The position numbers were made by a program, and so were the translations under genes. A DNA stretch of 64,000 nucleotides, from positions 5,826,849-5,890,848 of the forward strand of contig CM082583.2 in assembly GCA_040954595.2 (NCBI GenBank), given 5' to 3'. Positions 52,001-64,000 of this stretch are shown here, piece by piece (position 1 is the first letter of the stretch; each line of letters begins with the position of its first letter). Under the pieces are notes generated by a model. The model saw only the letters and a list, made by a program, of their open reading frames with translations, made no database searches and was not told the origin of the DNA. This DNA is from Balanoglossus misakiensis (lineage: Eukaryota; Animalia; Hemichordata).

Positions 52001-55000
52001 CTGTTCCCGATTATAAAATGGCGGAAAATTCTCAGTCAAAGAAAATAGAAGATTTTTGCTCAAGGCTATGGACTACTCAAAGGACAATTTATTGACTCTT
52101 CTGTACAAGAAGGCATTACGTCCCCTTTGTGATATTTCAATGTGGTTGGCTTGTATCTTTTTGTGTGTGATAAAGTTTACAACTCTCACTGCATTTGTCT
52201 TACAAATCTGACTGATTTCCTTTATTTGAAATCCCGTCCCCTATAATTTTTATCTATCTAGCTTTACCGCCTCTTTTACATCACTAAGCTACAGTCATGA
52301 TCCGCCATCTTGATATAGGTACCCGAGTGAATAATGAAATGACGTTCACTATAAATAACGTTACTTGAATTGGTCTATATTGGTTGAATAGAATCGCTGT
52401 TCGCTAGGAATATATGTGACTGTATCTATCCAAACAGTTGTTTTTGCGGTCAGTATATGCGCTTATGCATTTTATATTCGGCTTCTATGGCGACTCAGCG
52501 ATGTGGTCTCACTCACGACACCTATATATTTAACACTTTGGCTCGTCGTGCATTGGTTTATAGGTGACCAGATTTCTTGACAAAAGGTGGAAGTTGAGCA
52601 TTCCCTAAATTATTCGTGGCAAACGGGGGGTCAAACTCGTGCCGATCACATATTATTAAATAACAAAAATTAGTACTTATAACCGTTACTTGGAAAAATT
52701 CCTGTTTGTGTATAGGCTCCATGGCATAGAACTCCGCCAAGGACAAAATCATTACCACTAATAACCGCCACTCCATTACAATTACCGTGCCGATTTTCAA
52801 ATTATATGAAATTATCATCGTACCAAAATGTAATCATCCTCTAAACAAAAGTCCCCTTTCGTGCGTCACTTACATCTCTAATGAACATAAATGATTTTTT
52901 TACTGAGGCAAAAAAAACCTCTCCATTGTGCCTATAATTGGAACATACTTCAAATCCTGATGTAAAGGGACCTTATTACTTGCAGAGTCATTTTGAACAT
53001 GACGATAAGGGCAAGGACGATCCATGAGACTTCTGTGTTCTCAGGCGAATTCAATTCTCCTGGTGGCATTCCATTGTTTTCAGCGAAAAAGAAATTGCAC
53101 TATTCAAAACCTTCTTGTCTTTCCATGAATGGCCCCCATTTTTTGGAGAGTTTATAACCGATAAGTTTATTGAACGAGTGTCCACAGTTACAATACATTC
53201 ATTAGAATCCTGATAAACGGTGTTTTATAACGAATGGCGGGATGTTTATGCGAAAGACTGAATATTGCGCTAGTTATTTTATTTAATTTAAATTCAAGTT
53301 GTCACACGACGGGTTTCGAGAGGCAGAGAATTCCATAGAATGATAGCAGCAACCGCGACGGGAAAACTTGCATTTCTGGGTTCTAAATTAGTTATGCGTT
53401 GTACTAGCTTACGTGTGGGCGCTGAGGCTCGGTCCCATAGACAATGGGTTGTTAATACTTACAACGGCCACGGCTCGGGTCTGGCCGGCAAAGCCGTGTC
53501 AAGTCTGAGACGTTTCAGGACAACTTTAATCCTTCACACATAACAATTTATGCCGGTATTTGACCTGAGACGTTTCAGAAACGTCTCAATGGTTCCTGTA
53601 TGAACCCCATATACGTACTAACTATTTTGACTCACACTACAATCATTCTGATTAAAAGTTACTGTAGAGATATATAGGCGTATTCTTTACCTTTGGTCGG
53701 TCTCTGCTGTTCGCCTTCTACTGCTGCCGCCTCGCCTCCCACCAAGATCTTATCGATCGATTTGCGTAATTCGTCGATTCACAGAACGCTCCGTCGGATT
53801 TGAAGAATCGTCCCTGATTGCCACGCAGGATTCAGATCAAATATTCCTCATGTACAATGTACCTCTCGGGTCGGAAGACTGAAACGGCCACAGAAATGAC
53901 ATTTCACAGCTAAAAGTGTGAAACGTGTTTGTCTAGTTGGCGCAATGTTATGTAATGTGTCAATGAGTGATTTGCATGTTGTGACTACAATGTACACGAC
54001 ACAGGTGTAGATGGTTGAGATGAATGGAATGTGTTAACAACTGAAAGTTCAACATGTTTTCAGATTACATTGTGGCACTACAATTCTCACGGTGAATATA
54101 AGCCTCCCAAGTTAACCTTTAAGAGTCAATGGCCTGGTGACAAAGCGACAATAGGATCATGCGGCTAGTTATATTTTGCGGAACAACGAAACAGAGAAAC
54201 AACGAAACGACGAAACAGCTTAAATAAAGAAGTAATTTTTTGTAATCTACTGACGTAATGAACGTAGAGTGTGGTAGTACTGTGTGTTGCTGATATGTGC
54301 CTTCGTGGATGGCGAGAAGTGCTATAGGCGTATTCCGTAACCCTTTGACCCCAAAAATACTGTTAGTTTTGCATCTGAGTTGATTTAGCGACTGTTTGGT
54401 TTACATTGGACAGGTTCATCAATTTCAATCAGTTCCTGTGCTCGTTCTATGCTAGTACTAGTCATATATTTCTTTCCGTTATATTACGTCAGGCTAGACG
54501 TTTCCACAATTAGCGTCAGACGCTGCGTTGTCATGACAGAACATTACCGGATTATGTCCAATTACCAGCCCTTCACCAAACACGTGACTCTTAGAAATTG
54601 GGGCGACTCGTTATAATGGACATCATGCAATGGGAACTTCATTTCCTCGAGTGATGTGCTTAACATGTATAGACTAGCGATGGTGACCCAGGCCGCCCTG
54701 CGCCAAAGCCCACCCGTTTGCCGATGAGGCCAATTTTCCAAAATACACATATCGCTTTCGCCAGAATTTCCTGGGGGTTCTTTGAGTGGCAGTTACAGCG
54801 ATGTTTGACAAGAGAGTGATTAAATTTACACGTACTCTGCTTGCCGGCGACTCAAATGGACAAGGACTTACAGCGGACGTCCTTGACAGGCACCACTCCA
54901 GGCGAGCGTTCTGGCGAGTCCGGTTCGGTCTGAGGCGAACTAATTCACCCGTGTGTATGCATCGCTGTATACGTACATGTACATTTGCGGACGTCTCCAG

Positions 55001-57239
55001 GGGTCAGTACTCGAGTATCGAGTAATTAGCTCGATATTTGAAAGACAACCGCCGCATTTTAGATTGCAGCCCCGGAATATAATGTCCGTTCAAGATTTTA
55101 TATTGTTTTGAAAATTCCAATATACGGGAAAGGATGGATTTCTTCTGGAAATAGAGTGATTGGATCGACTTAAATCAAATCCCGTTGATTACATTGAGAA
55201 ATTATATGTATACAAGGCGGTCGAGTATAGCATAAGTAAAAACGGAAAGATTTGAATTAAGCGTTTACTAGATTGGAAGTAAAGTAAGTCTGGACGATAA
55301 TTTGATAGACAATCCCAATGCAAACGCAATCAGTGCAGATTCACTCATGTTATTGAAATTGCCAGGTAGAGGAAGGGGAGCCCTGTACTGAAATCCTCTA
55401 TGACGTCTGTAAGGTCTGCAGCAGGAAGTGAGGTGTTCGCCCTGTGTATCTAATAGTCACCTCCCGGGGGAGGGTATTGAAGGAAAGGGACATGCAATCT
55501 CAACTACCAAATCTCTCGCTTCGATTCTCCGCCGCGCAATGATAAAAATATCATCCGGCTCATAATGCAAATAGGCAATTTGGATACGAATCCGATCTTT
55601 GCAGCCGTGGGGGAAGAAGGTCAGCTGTTGTGAGGTTTAGGCAAAGTGGATTACAACGACCCCGGGCACGGATTAGGGAACGGGTCCCGCATCATCCCGC
55701 AGTTGGTATATCGATTAGCTATTTGGGGCATTATAGCTTAGTCAGGCTCTCGCGACACTAGAGTCATTACACAAAAATGTTACCGCTGTTTTTTTGGCTC
55801 GTGGCCATGTATTGAACCACTCTTAACACGCTGACTTGCAGTGCTGTCAGTGGCTTCTACATATGCTGTGATCTCAAAACGTTTCCTGTTGAAATCTCTC
55901 TTCAGTCGTCTTAGTAAAACACAATCCATTACACCTATATGACCTTTATCTAGCACTCTGCAATACGAAAAACGCGGCTGTTTATATTTATAACGGTTTG
56001 CTTGTGACACCCCAGAAAAAATGACATATTTCCCTTAAAACTGTGCCAGCTGTACGCGATTACCATCACAAAAGCTCTGGTCGTTTTCTCCCTTTGGCTG
56101 GACCAGATCGCTTCGATATTTATGTTCTTTTTCTAAAGTATACGTAGGTTATTGATGACAATGCCACCCTCAATACACACGAAATGTAGACGCCCTGTAA
56201 ATAATTTCAAACATTAATTTCCGCATGCCAAATTCGCATCGTTTCTAAACTGAGACATGTTTCATTCTGTGGTTTGTGTCAGAATACACATAAACGAGAG
56301 ACGGTGATTTATTAGAAGAAAATTGCCGATGGTATACGCTTAGCTCTGTCAGTTGATAGTGCGTGGTTGGTAACGAAAAATACGTGTATACCCTTGATTA
56401 TTTTTCTGTCATCTATATAGAGTTTCAGTACTGCCGGGCATATCGAATATCTTTAAGATGATCAGCAAAAAGCTCATCCTACACTGCAAATTCTGCAAAA
56501 ACAAGCCGGTTTGTACTCAAGCCATTCGGGTTTGCTGACAAGCCACCTCGTCATACTTGCCGAAACTTCGGTATTTCCACAAGCCGCTAAATTTTCTGGT
56601 GTGTGCCAGCAAGCCAGTCAATGTTAGAAAAATGGTTTGTAAATACGCCGCTGGACAACCTGTCTGGAATGGCTTATTATTAAGCCATTGAACAAAATCT
56701 CTGGTTTGCTCGCAAACTTTAGTGATACTTATGTCTGGCTCGAATTTGTACCATATTTAACCTTGGCTGCATTTTAAGCCGTTGGAGTTAGTGGTCGCTT
56801 TTCAAACCATAAAAAGATGTAAGTATGGTTTGAAAACACGCCATGGAAAACTTTGCCGGGATGTGGTTCATATACACGCCACGCTGGGCACAATGTCTTG
56901 CGAAATACCCTGATTTGGCGCGCGAATGCAGGGTCAAAGGTTATTTATTACACAACTACAACGTTTTGACGCGAGAGAAGACGGTCCACGGGTGAGGAAG
57001 CCGATCGAATCACGTCGTTCCCTTTATAAAATTCGTTCAGCGATTTACAATGCACTCAACCTGTTCCTAAGGTAGAACCGAAATACCATATGCGTGGATA
57101 ATTACTTTGGCACCGAGCATCGTTATGGAAGGATGACATCTGATGTCTTAGCAGTTGACCGCCAGCATCTACGAGACCGTAACATAGAACAATGCCGGTT
57201 GGGGTAAGTCCTGCTTCCATTCCATTTTGTGACAGTAAC

Positions 57240-57780
57240 TACATTTTTGCGAGCAGTGAAGATAATACAAAATTAACAGGCCCGAATCCTGTATATACTG
57301 ACTTGATCATGTGTTGATGATAGCTGAAAAGCATGTGAGAAGAAGTAATGTCAAAAGTTTGACAGCATAAAATGATAAAGTAGGGAGTGGGGCCCCAAAG
57401 GAATTTCATTATTCTTGCTATTTTCAGCCTCCATCCCCGTTCATTTTTTTTATGCATTTTTGTGAGCGAAGACGATGCAAAGTATGTCACTATTAAAAGG
57501 CCTGAATCCTTTATATACTGCATTGATCATGTGTGGATGGTTACAAAAAAGTCTGAGCAAATCAAAAGAATTGTTTTAATGCAGCTCCGGAGTGGGGCCC
57601 TATAGCGCTATAGCCTAGGAATTTCACCATGCTTGCTATTGGCAGCCTACATCCCCATTCATGTTTGTTTATGCACTTTTACTAGTCAAGATAATTCAAA
57701 ATATGTAATAATATCTATACTGTATTGATCATTTGTAGATCGAGAGATATTTCAAATATATGAAGCTTCGAGTGGGGCTA
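57240..57780. repeat. Degenerate tandem repeat of about 200 bp (about 2.7 copies) inside the 4.1-kb element
   Basis: gagtggggc recurs at about 57385, 57590 and 57770. ggaatttca...cttgctatt..cagcct.catcccc recurs at about 57400 and 57618. tatactg...ttgatcat recurs at about 57294, 57514 and 57716. Confidence 0.75.
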
Positions 57781-58490
57781 GTGGCAGTGGAAGTCAACAT
57801 TGGGGGGGGGGGGGGGGGTAACCGCAATAAAAATGTTGTTTTGTGTTCCAATACTATATCAATGGATACCCATAATATTTAAATCATTGGCTGAATAATT
57901 TTTTTTTGATAAACCATGATCTCGGACCACAGGATTATTTAACCCCTGCATGCCTGCGATTTGTAACAATAATGATTCCTACTTTAATTGAACCCCAGAT
58001 ATTTGCATAAGAATGAAATAAATGATCTTGGTTTTGCAGGAGTGGTGATACTGGTTATGGGAAGGAGCAGTTGTTATTTTATTAGGCACCACAAAAATAT
58101 GAAAAAGTCAACAAGTAGCATTTATGTTGAAGCATACACGGTATGTATAATTAAGTAGATTTTGTTATTTTTTTAATATCCATTTTTGTCATCTAGTCAT
58201 CTGTTTTCTTTGCAGTTTAGTTTGTAGGGACTTCATTATAAAATACCAACCATGTGGTTATAATTTCAGTATTGCATTTGGGAAGAGATTTTACTATTTA
58301 TGCCTAAAAACTAATTTTAAAGGAACATGCCTATCTGTATTTATTAATATAGTCCAGCTATCATGTATGTAACATGTATTCAGTTATAGTCAAAGGAAAC
58401 AATTCACTAAACTCTAGGTGCGAAATTTCATGCATTGCTCATTGAATCAATTTCATCTTGTTTGTTACATGCTGTGTATCTCATGGTTAT

Positions 58491-58991
58491 GTTTGTGTTT
58501 CATGGTTGCTGCCAATAACATTAGGATGGCACCATATTGTAGTGTTGTATCGATCAGTCTCATGTTCTCATATGGTTGCTGCCTATAACAGTAGGATGGC
58601 ACCATATCGTAGTGTTGTATCGGTCAGTCTCATGTTCTCATATGGTTGCTGCCTATAACAGTAGGATGGCACCATATCGTAGTGTTGTATCGGTCAGTCT
58701 CATGTTCTCATATGGTTGCTGCCTATAACAGTAGGATGGCACCATATCGTAGTGTTGTATCGGTCAGTCTCATGTTCTCATATGGTTGCTGCCTATAACA
58801 GTAGGATGGCACCATATCGTAGTGTTGTATCGGTCAGTCTCATGTTCTCATATGGTTGCTGCCTATAACAGTAGGATGGCACCATATCGTAGTGTTGTAT
58901 CGGTCAGTCTCATGTTCTTATATGGTTGCTGCCTACAACATTAGGATGGCACCATATCGTAGTGTTTTGTGGTATGTGTGTCAGTCTCATG
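58491..58991. repeat. 70-bp minisatellite, about 7 copies (5 identical inner copies)
   Basis: Unit catgttctcatatggttgctgcctataacagtaggatggcaccatatcgtagtgttgtatcggtcagtct starts at 58561, 58631, 58701, 58771 and 58841. Diverged copies start at 58491 and 58911. Confidence 0.97.
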
Positions 58992-61900
58992 GTCATTCCC
59001 CATTGATAAATAGAGAGACACTATCTTCTTTTGTTGAGTATGTCTCATACGAGTCATTGTCATATTTTCTTGTGTACATATGTGTTATGTGTTGTTTTCA
59101 TGCTGGAAATTGTTTCTAATATACACTCATGTTAATTTCTAACAAGATTGTTTTCTCTTTTTGTTTTTCACTATTTGAGAGTGTTTCCCATTGAAAGAAG
59201 ACGAAGTTTCATAGTAAGGAAGAAGATACTCAAGGCTAATGCCATGACTCCAATACTCAAATGCATATAAAGGAGGATTGAAAAGTACTTTTCCACACTT
59301 AATGGTGACTTTGAAATCTGTATTCATGTCAGTTTTGACAAACAGTAGATTAAAAAAATGAGGCATTTTTGATGGATTGAAATGATTTTCCCTAACCACT
59401 TGAATGGAAAATGAGATAAAAGTTTTATTGTATATATTTTCTATCATTTATGGGGTTAATTCATTTGATTTACATAATACCATGTATTTACCGTTGTTCC
59501 TTTTTTCTTACATTGTCATTACAATAATAATGATTGACCAAAAAAGATCTTTCTCGGTGTGCTTTTTTGACAGGTTAACATACCATTGACTGTGGAGTAC
59601 TAAGATGCTGCACATTATGACACATGTTATGCTTCAAGACCAAGTTATTTAAGGGCATAGTAACTAACTTTGGGCTATTTTTTATGTATTTTTGTTCAGT
59701 GTATCGACTCCTTATTTCTGTTCTACTCCTTAAAGCATGATTAACTGCCCAGGTTCGGGATCTCAACTTTGGCCTTTGCAAATGAGTTCAGGTCTGGACT
59801 AAAATTATGTTTTTTGACAATTGCTGATTGTACAATTATGGCAGTGTATAGAATCTAGTAAATGGCATTGCATCATGCTTTGGTGAGTTGAACAAGAAAC
59901 TGCAGTCACTTGAAAGAGCAAAAATGCTAAAAATGGCCCAAATTTATAACTATAGCTTTTAGGTAAACAGAAGCAAAACATGCAATTCAAATGTTTGGCT
60001 TGCTTACAAACTGCATTCTGTGTAAGAATGGTTTGTATACCAGCAAACCAGGAAATGCTAATTTTTGGTTTGCTGGCAAACTGAAGTGATTCATGTTTGG
60101 TTTGCTAGCACACCAGTTTTAAGTAGAAGTTGGCTTTCAGACAAGCCAATGTAAATTTTAAGGGTTTACGTACAACCCCCTTGTATTATTCGACGGTTTG
60201 TTGGCAAGCCATTGTTTTAGAAAGTGGCTTACATGCAAGCCATCATAATATATTCATTGGTTTATATACAAACCCCTTAGATTTGTGATGGTTTGTTGAC
60301 AAACCACTGGATAATGAATCGGTGTGTCTTCAAGCTCATTTGCTGAATAGAATGGCAGGCCAGCAAGACATATTTCATTACTATGGTTGGCCTACACACC
60401 ACTCATTAAATTTGCTGTGGTCTATCAGCAAGCCGGTAAGTTATATAAAACGGCAACTCAGCAAGCTAAATTCAAGCCAAAATCAAGCCAAATTTGAAGA
60501 AATGAAAGAAGCCAATTTGCGACAAACAAGCCGGTTTGAATTTGGCTTGAATTTAGCTTGCAGGAAAGCCAGAAGAATTTGCTGTGTATTAGCACCATAT
60601 CCAAAAACCATGGCCGTGCACACGGTCCATTCAAAACGATTCAATAATCGAAGTGGAAACTGCTCTGCATCTCGTGATACTACAACCATGTCAAGTGATA
60701 AGCATCTTCTTGTGAATCTTTCCATTGTGGCGTTTCAATCGTTCCATCCCCTGTGGGTATTAATTAATTAATCTAAATTCGAATATGTTCTGTGGAGTGT
60801 TTTGCGCAGGGTTAGTGTGGTTTTCAGCTTCTTTTAATGACTGAGTGGGCTGCATGTTACCTTACACCGATTTTGTAATTCAAATCAACATGAAAATTAA
60901 AATTGAAAACCCGAGGCGAATTGAGAATGATACCAAAACTATTAAACGTCGTTAATATTTGACCATCGGATTATTGACTGAGACTTTCTCGAAATTATCA
61001 ACGTTCAATTTTAATGGGTTCAAAGTGTCTTATCTACAATGTATATAGCACGTGGTGTATTTCATTTAGGCAGCCTTGTGAACGGTTTCTATTATTGGTG
61101 AAACGAATGATATCTCATTCCAACTACGAGTTTCCAACATGAAGTGAAAATTTCCATTAGGACTTTGGGTTCACTTGTCAATATAGCAACACGTGTATAA
61201 GAACATGTTCTATGAGGGAATATCTCCTATCTTGCGCCTCCCTGTATTTTAATAGCGAAATTCCATTATTATCCAGCCATAATCCCTGCACAGCCAAAGC
61301 AAACTCCCATCCACACGTCTCTACAAGAATTTTAATTCAAAGAATGTCCACTTGCTGCGCCAATATAGACATTCTGAGTGGTGCCCATAAACTCGCGAAA
61401 GTACGAAAAATGGTGTCACAGCCAAACTAATTGACATCGGATATTTCCTGTAAGCCTCAATGCGACCTTATCTAAGGCCCTACAATAAATATGGGCAGGT
61501 GGATGAAGTGATTTGTAAACTTGAAAACTGATAGGATAAATGCAACGTTGCTGTTTAGTAGTGTGTTCTATACATTATATACGTTATCTTTAAGCACCAT
61601 TTGTCACCATTTGTCCCCTCTACATTCCCACTTTACCTGGCAGTGTATCAAGTTCAATCATTTTACATTGTCCAGTGTTTCTAATTATGTGGTGGGCGGT
61701 ATGGAACCCCCGGCAATATCTGTGATCCTTGACTCATCGAAGTCGAATAGTTCTTCGACACGATAGGATATAACATCTCTGCCAATTTATTTTTCACCGC
61801 AAGCGTCGAATCGATGCATATCTGAAACGTGTGCTGGGGTTGATTTTGCTTCTAAAATATCTTAATCTGCCCGGGCTTACACATGTTGAAAACCGAGTCT

Positions 61901-64000
61901 CCAAATTAATCACTCGGCGTCGCATGACTCTCGTTTATTTTGGTCCAGGAGCGTTAATAGAGTCATTTCCCGTGTAAAACGCCACAGATGTAAGCGTTTC
62001 TCGGGGGTGTTTCGTCCATGTATCAATAACAGTTACGTTATGTATGTCAGAAACTGAAGTCAGGCATCAGTCACGATATCACACTCCCATCGGAGCGAAG
62101 ATATTCTACAGTGATTTCAGAGGAAATCAGGGTTCTTGAGCAACTCAGTAATTAATCTAATTAACGGAATACTGCAAAGTAGGGGAATACATCCATTTTG
62201 AGTCCATCGTTATCATATTAATTGCGGTGCACCGAATATATCACTGAAGCACGTTCAAAATAACCCATGGACTGATAAGACAGATAATTTCCCAGGCCTT
62301 CTCGGTCGAGCACGCTATTCACGAAGAACTTTTTCCCGACAGCTTTCATAGTGTTTCACTAACTGGCACAAATGATATCGATTCACATTTTCTGTGAAAA
62401 AAAATCAAAACGGTTCAGTCCTTTAAAAGATATATCATAGATCGTCCTAAAATGCTATACATGTCCTAGTATAGTCTGAGTTATGTCTATTCCAACAGCA
62501 GGGATATATCCATAGAGCGCTCGACTTACATGCAACCTCCACAGGGACAGATGAAATGGACTCAATTTCCTTCTGACTGCTGACTCAGAATTTAAATCGA
62601 TAGAAAATTGTTTATTTATCTGTTAAATGACTTTTAAGATACGCAAAAAGCATATTTAGGTTGCAATTACTGTTACTCGCCTCACATATGGACGTTATTT
62701 TTTTTCAAAAGTCTGCTTCAACGGGTATTAGCAGACATACGTGACAAATCGCTACAATCCAATGGCAATCTGCAAATCCAATTGCTCTCAGTCATGGCAT
62801 GATACAAAATGTTGAATATATTCGTCCTTTACTTCTGACAAAGATCACGGATCAAAACCTTCCGTTCTTCATCAGTGTAAATTACCAAGTGGTCGAAAAT
62901 AACCATTCAAGAGTTTGACAGGTACCATGGTCAGTCATTAAAGCGAAATACCAGAGGTAATATGATATTTGTATCAATCAAAATTTTAATATTCGCATCA
63001 TGTAACAGTTTCTACGAAAGGACGTGAAATTGATCTACCGTAATAATGAAAAAAACGCGAAACCTTCTTTTGGAATGCGATACTCCACCATCAGCTATTG
63101 CATGTATATAGATTTGTGATTCCTAAACAGGTTGATAATTGCAGAACGTTCAGCGCGGAACAATCTCATTTCATCTGCAACATGTGCATAGCCCAGCTTC
63201 GACCGCATCACTATTGGGGAATCGCTAGATGGTTTATATAGTACGGCGCTACAGTAGAATCCAGGTCGATGTTTAAAAAGTATGAAATCAAAGGAGGGTT
63301 AGAATCAGAAATACTACGTTGCAAGAGTCGACAGCGACCTTTTTATATCCTCAAATATCTAGAAAGCCCACTCACACCAGTTCATGCATTAATTAATCGA
63401 GGCTGGTCGAGTGAAGTCTAATTAACTTGTACATATTTTTAAATCCATTTCAAATATCAATGCTCTGTATTCAATTCATAGGTACTAGAGGTTTGTAGCT
63501 GGTAGTAAGTGATATCATATTGTTTATCCGTCGAAAGACCAGCATGTTTTGTAGAGAGCTAATGTAGCCGAAAGACCCTTTGCAGGTTCATCCGTGCAGC
63601 GTGCAAAATTTTCTGACGAGGATCCTCGGAGTGTCATGTTACGCGCAGATTTTAAGTCCGAGTTAAAGCCTATACTGTTTCTGGCGTGTGTACGGCCTGA
63701 CAGGGACGTCACAAAAGTATTGATGACGTCCGCAATGAAAATCAGATGATGTATATGTCAGGGTCTGGCATTTGTAAAAAGTGATTTAGCACAGACACTA
63801 TAAAATGTTGAAGCTCATGCCTGACGTATCAAGTAAGAGGCTCGTGTACAATGACAGAAAATACGGCAATACGAAGCTAACTGTCGCCGCGGGCAAAACG
63901 ATGTTGTTTTAAGCGTATTAGTGATTGACGTTGCTAAAAGAGAAAAGAGACTATCAGTGCTAAAAAAACGCGGAATCTTTGGAATAAAAGAAAATCGTGA

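Larger units (their letters stand above)
56482..60586. mobile_element. 4.1-kb non-autonomous DNA transposon with CAC termini, TA flanks and subterminal repeat arrays (EnSpm/CACTA, CMC-like)
   Basis: TA(56480-81)|CACTGCAAATTCT ... AGAATTTGCTGTG|TA(60587-88), a 13-bp TIR with 1 mismatch. Both ends (about 56500-56880 and 59995-60570) are dense with CAAGCC/CAAACC and GGCTTG/GGTTTG motifs. aaacaagccggtttg occurs at 56499-56513 and 60524-60538. No transposase ORF seen. Superfamily assignment is inference. Confidence 0.8.

Noticed and set aside
58491-58991. CRISPR array
   Set aside because: Head-to-tail identical 70-bp units with no variable spacers, no cas genes, and a eukaryotic context.
57939-59459. 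Nested piggyBac-like element (TTAACCCC...GGGGTTAA)
   Set aside because: The inverted match stops after 8 bp including the TTAA.
60322-60771. 149-aa ORF as a possible transposase
   Set aside because: Runs across the element's right TIR into flanking DNA and has no DDE or DNA-binding motif.

Overview
This is eukaryotic, gene-poor DNA, AT-rich with CpG largely retained. It looks like a marine invertebrate, possibly a deuterostome such as a hemichordate; that is inferred only from composition and repeat style. One protein-coding gene is well supported: an intronless class A GPCR on the minus strand (39548-40528) of the vasopressin/oxytocin/GnRH/CCAP receptor superfamily, most resembling the orphan GPR150. 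The rest is intergenic or intronic sequence with non-autonomous DNA transposons: two TTAA-flanked Kolobok-like MITEs, a TA-flanked Tc1/mariner-like MITE, and a 4.1 kb CAC-terminated EnSpm/CMC-like element carrying a 70-bp minisatellite and a CpG-depleted interior. There is also a decayed RTE-like LINE fragment, a foldback repeat and many microsatellites. I found no prokaryotic operon, CRISPR array or RNA gene, and cannot claim a new biological system. The best leads are the GPR150-like receptor and the internal architecture of the 4.1 kb element.
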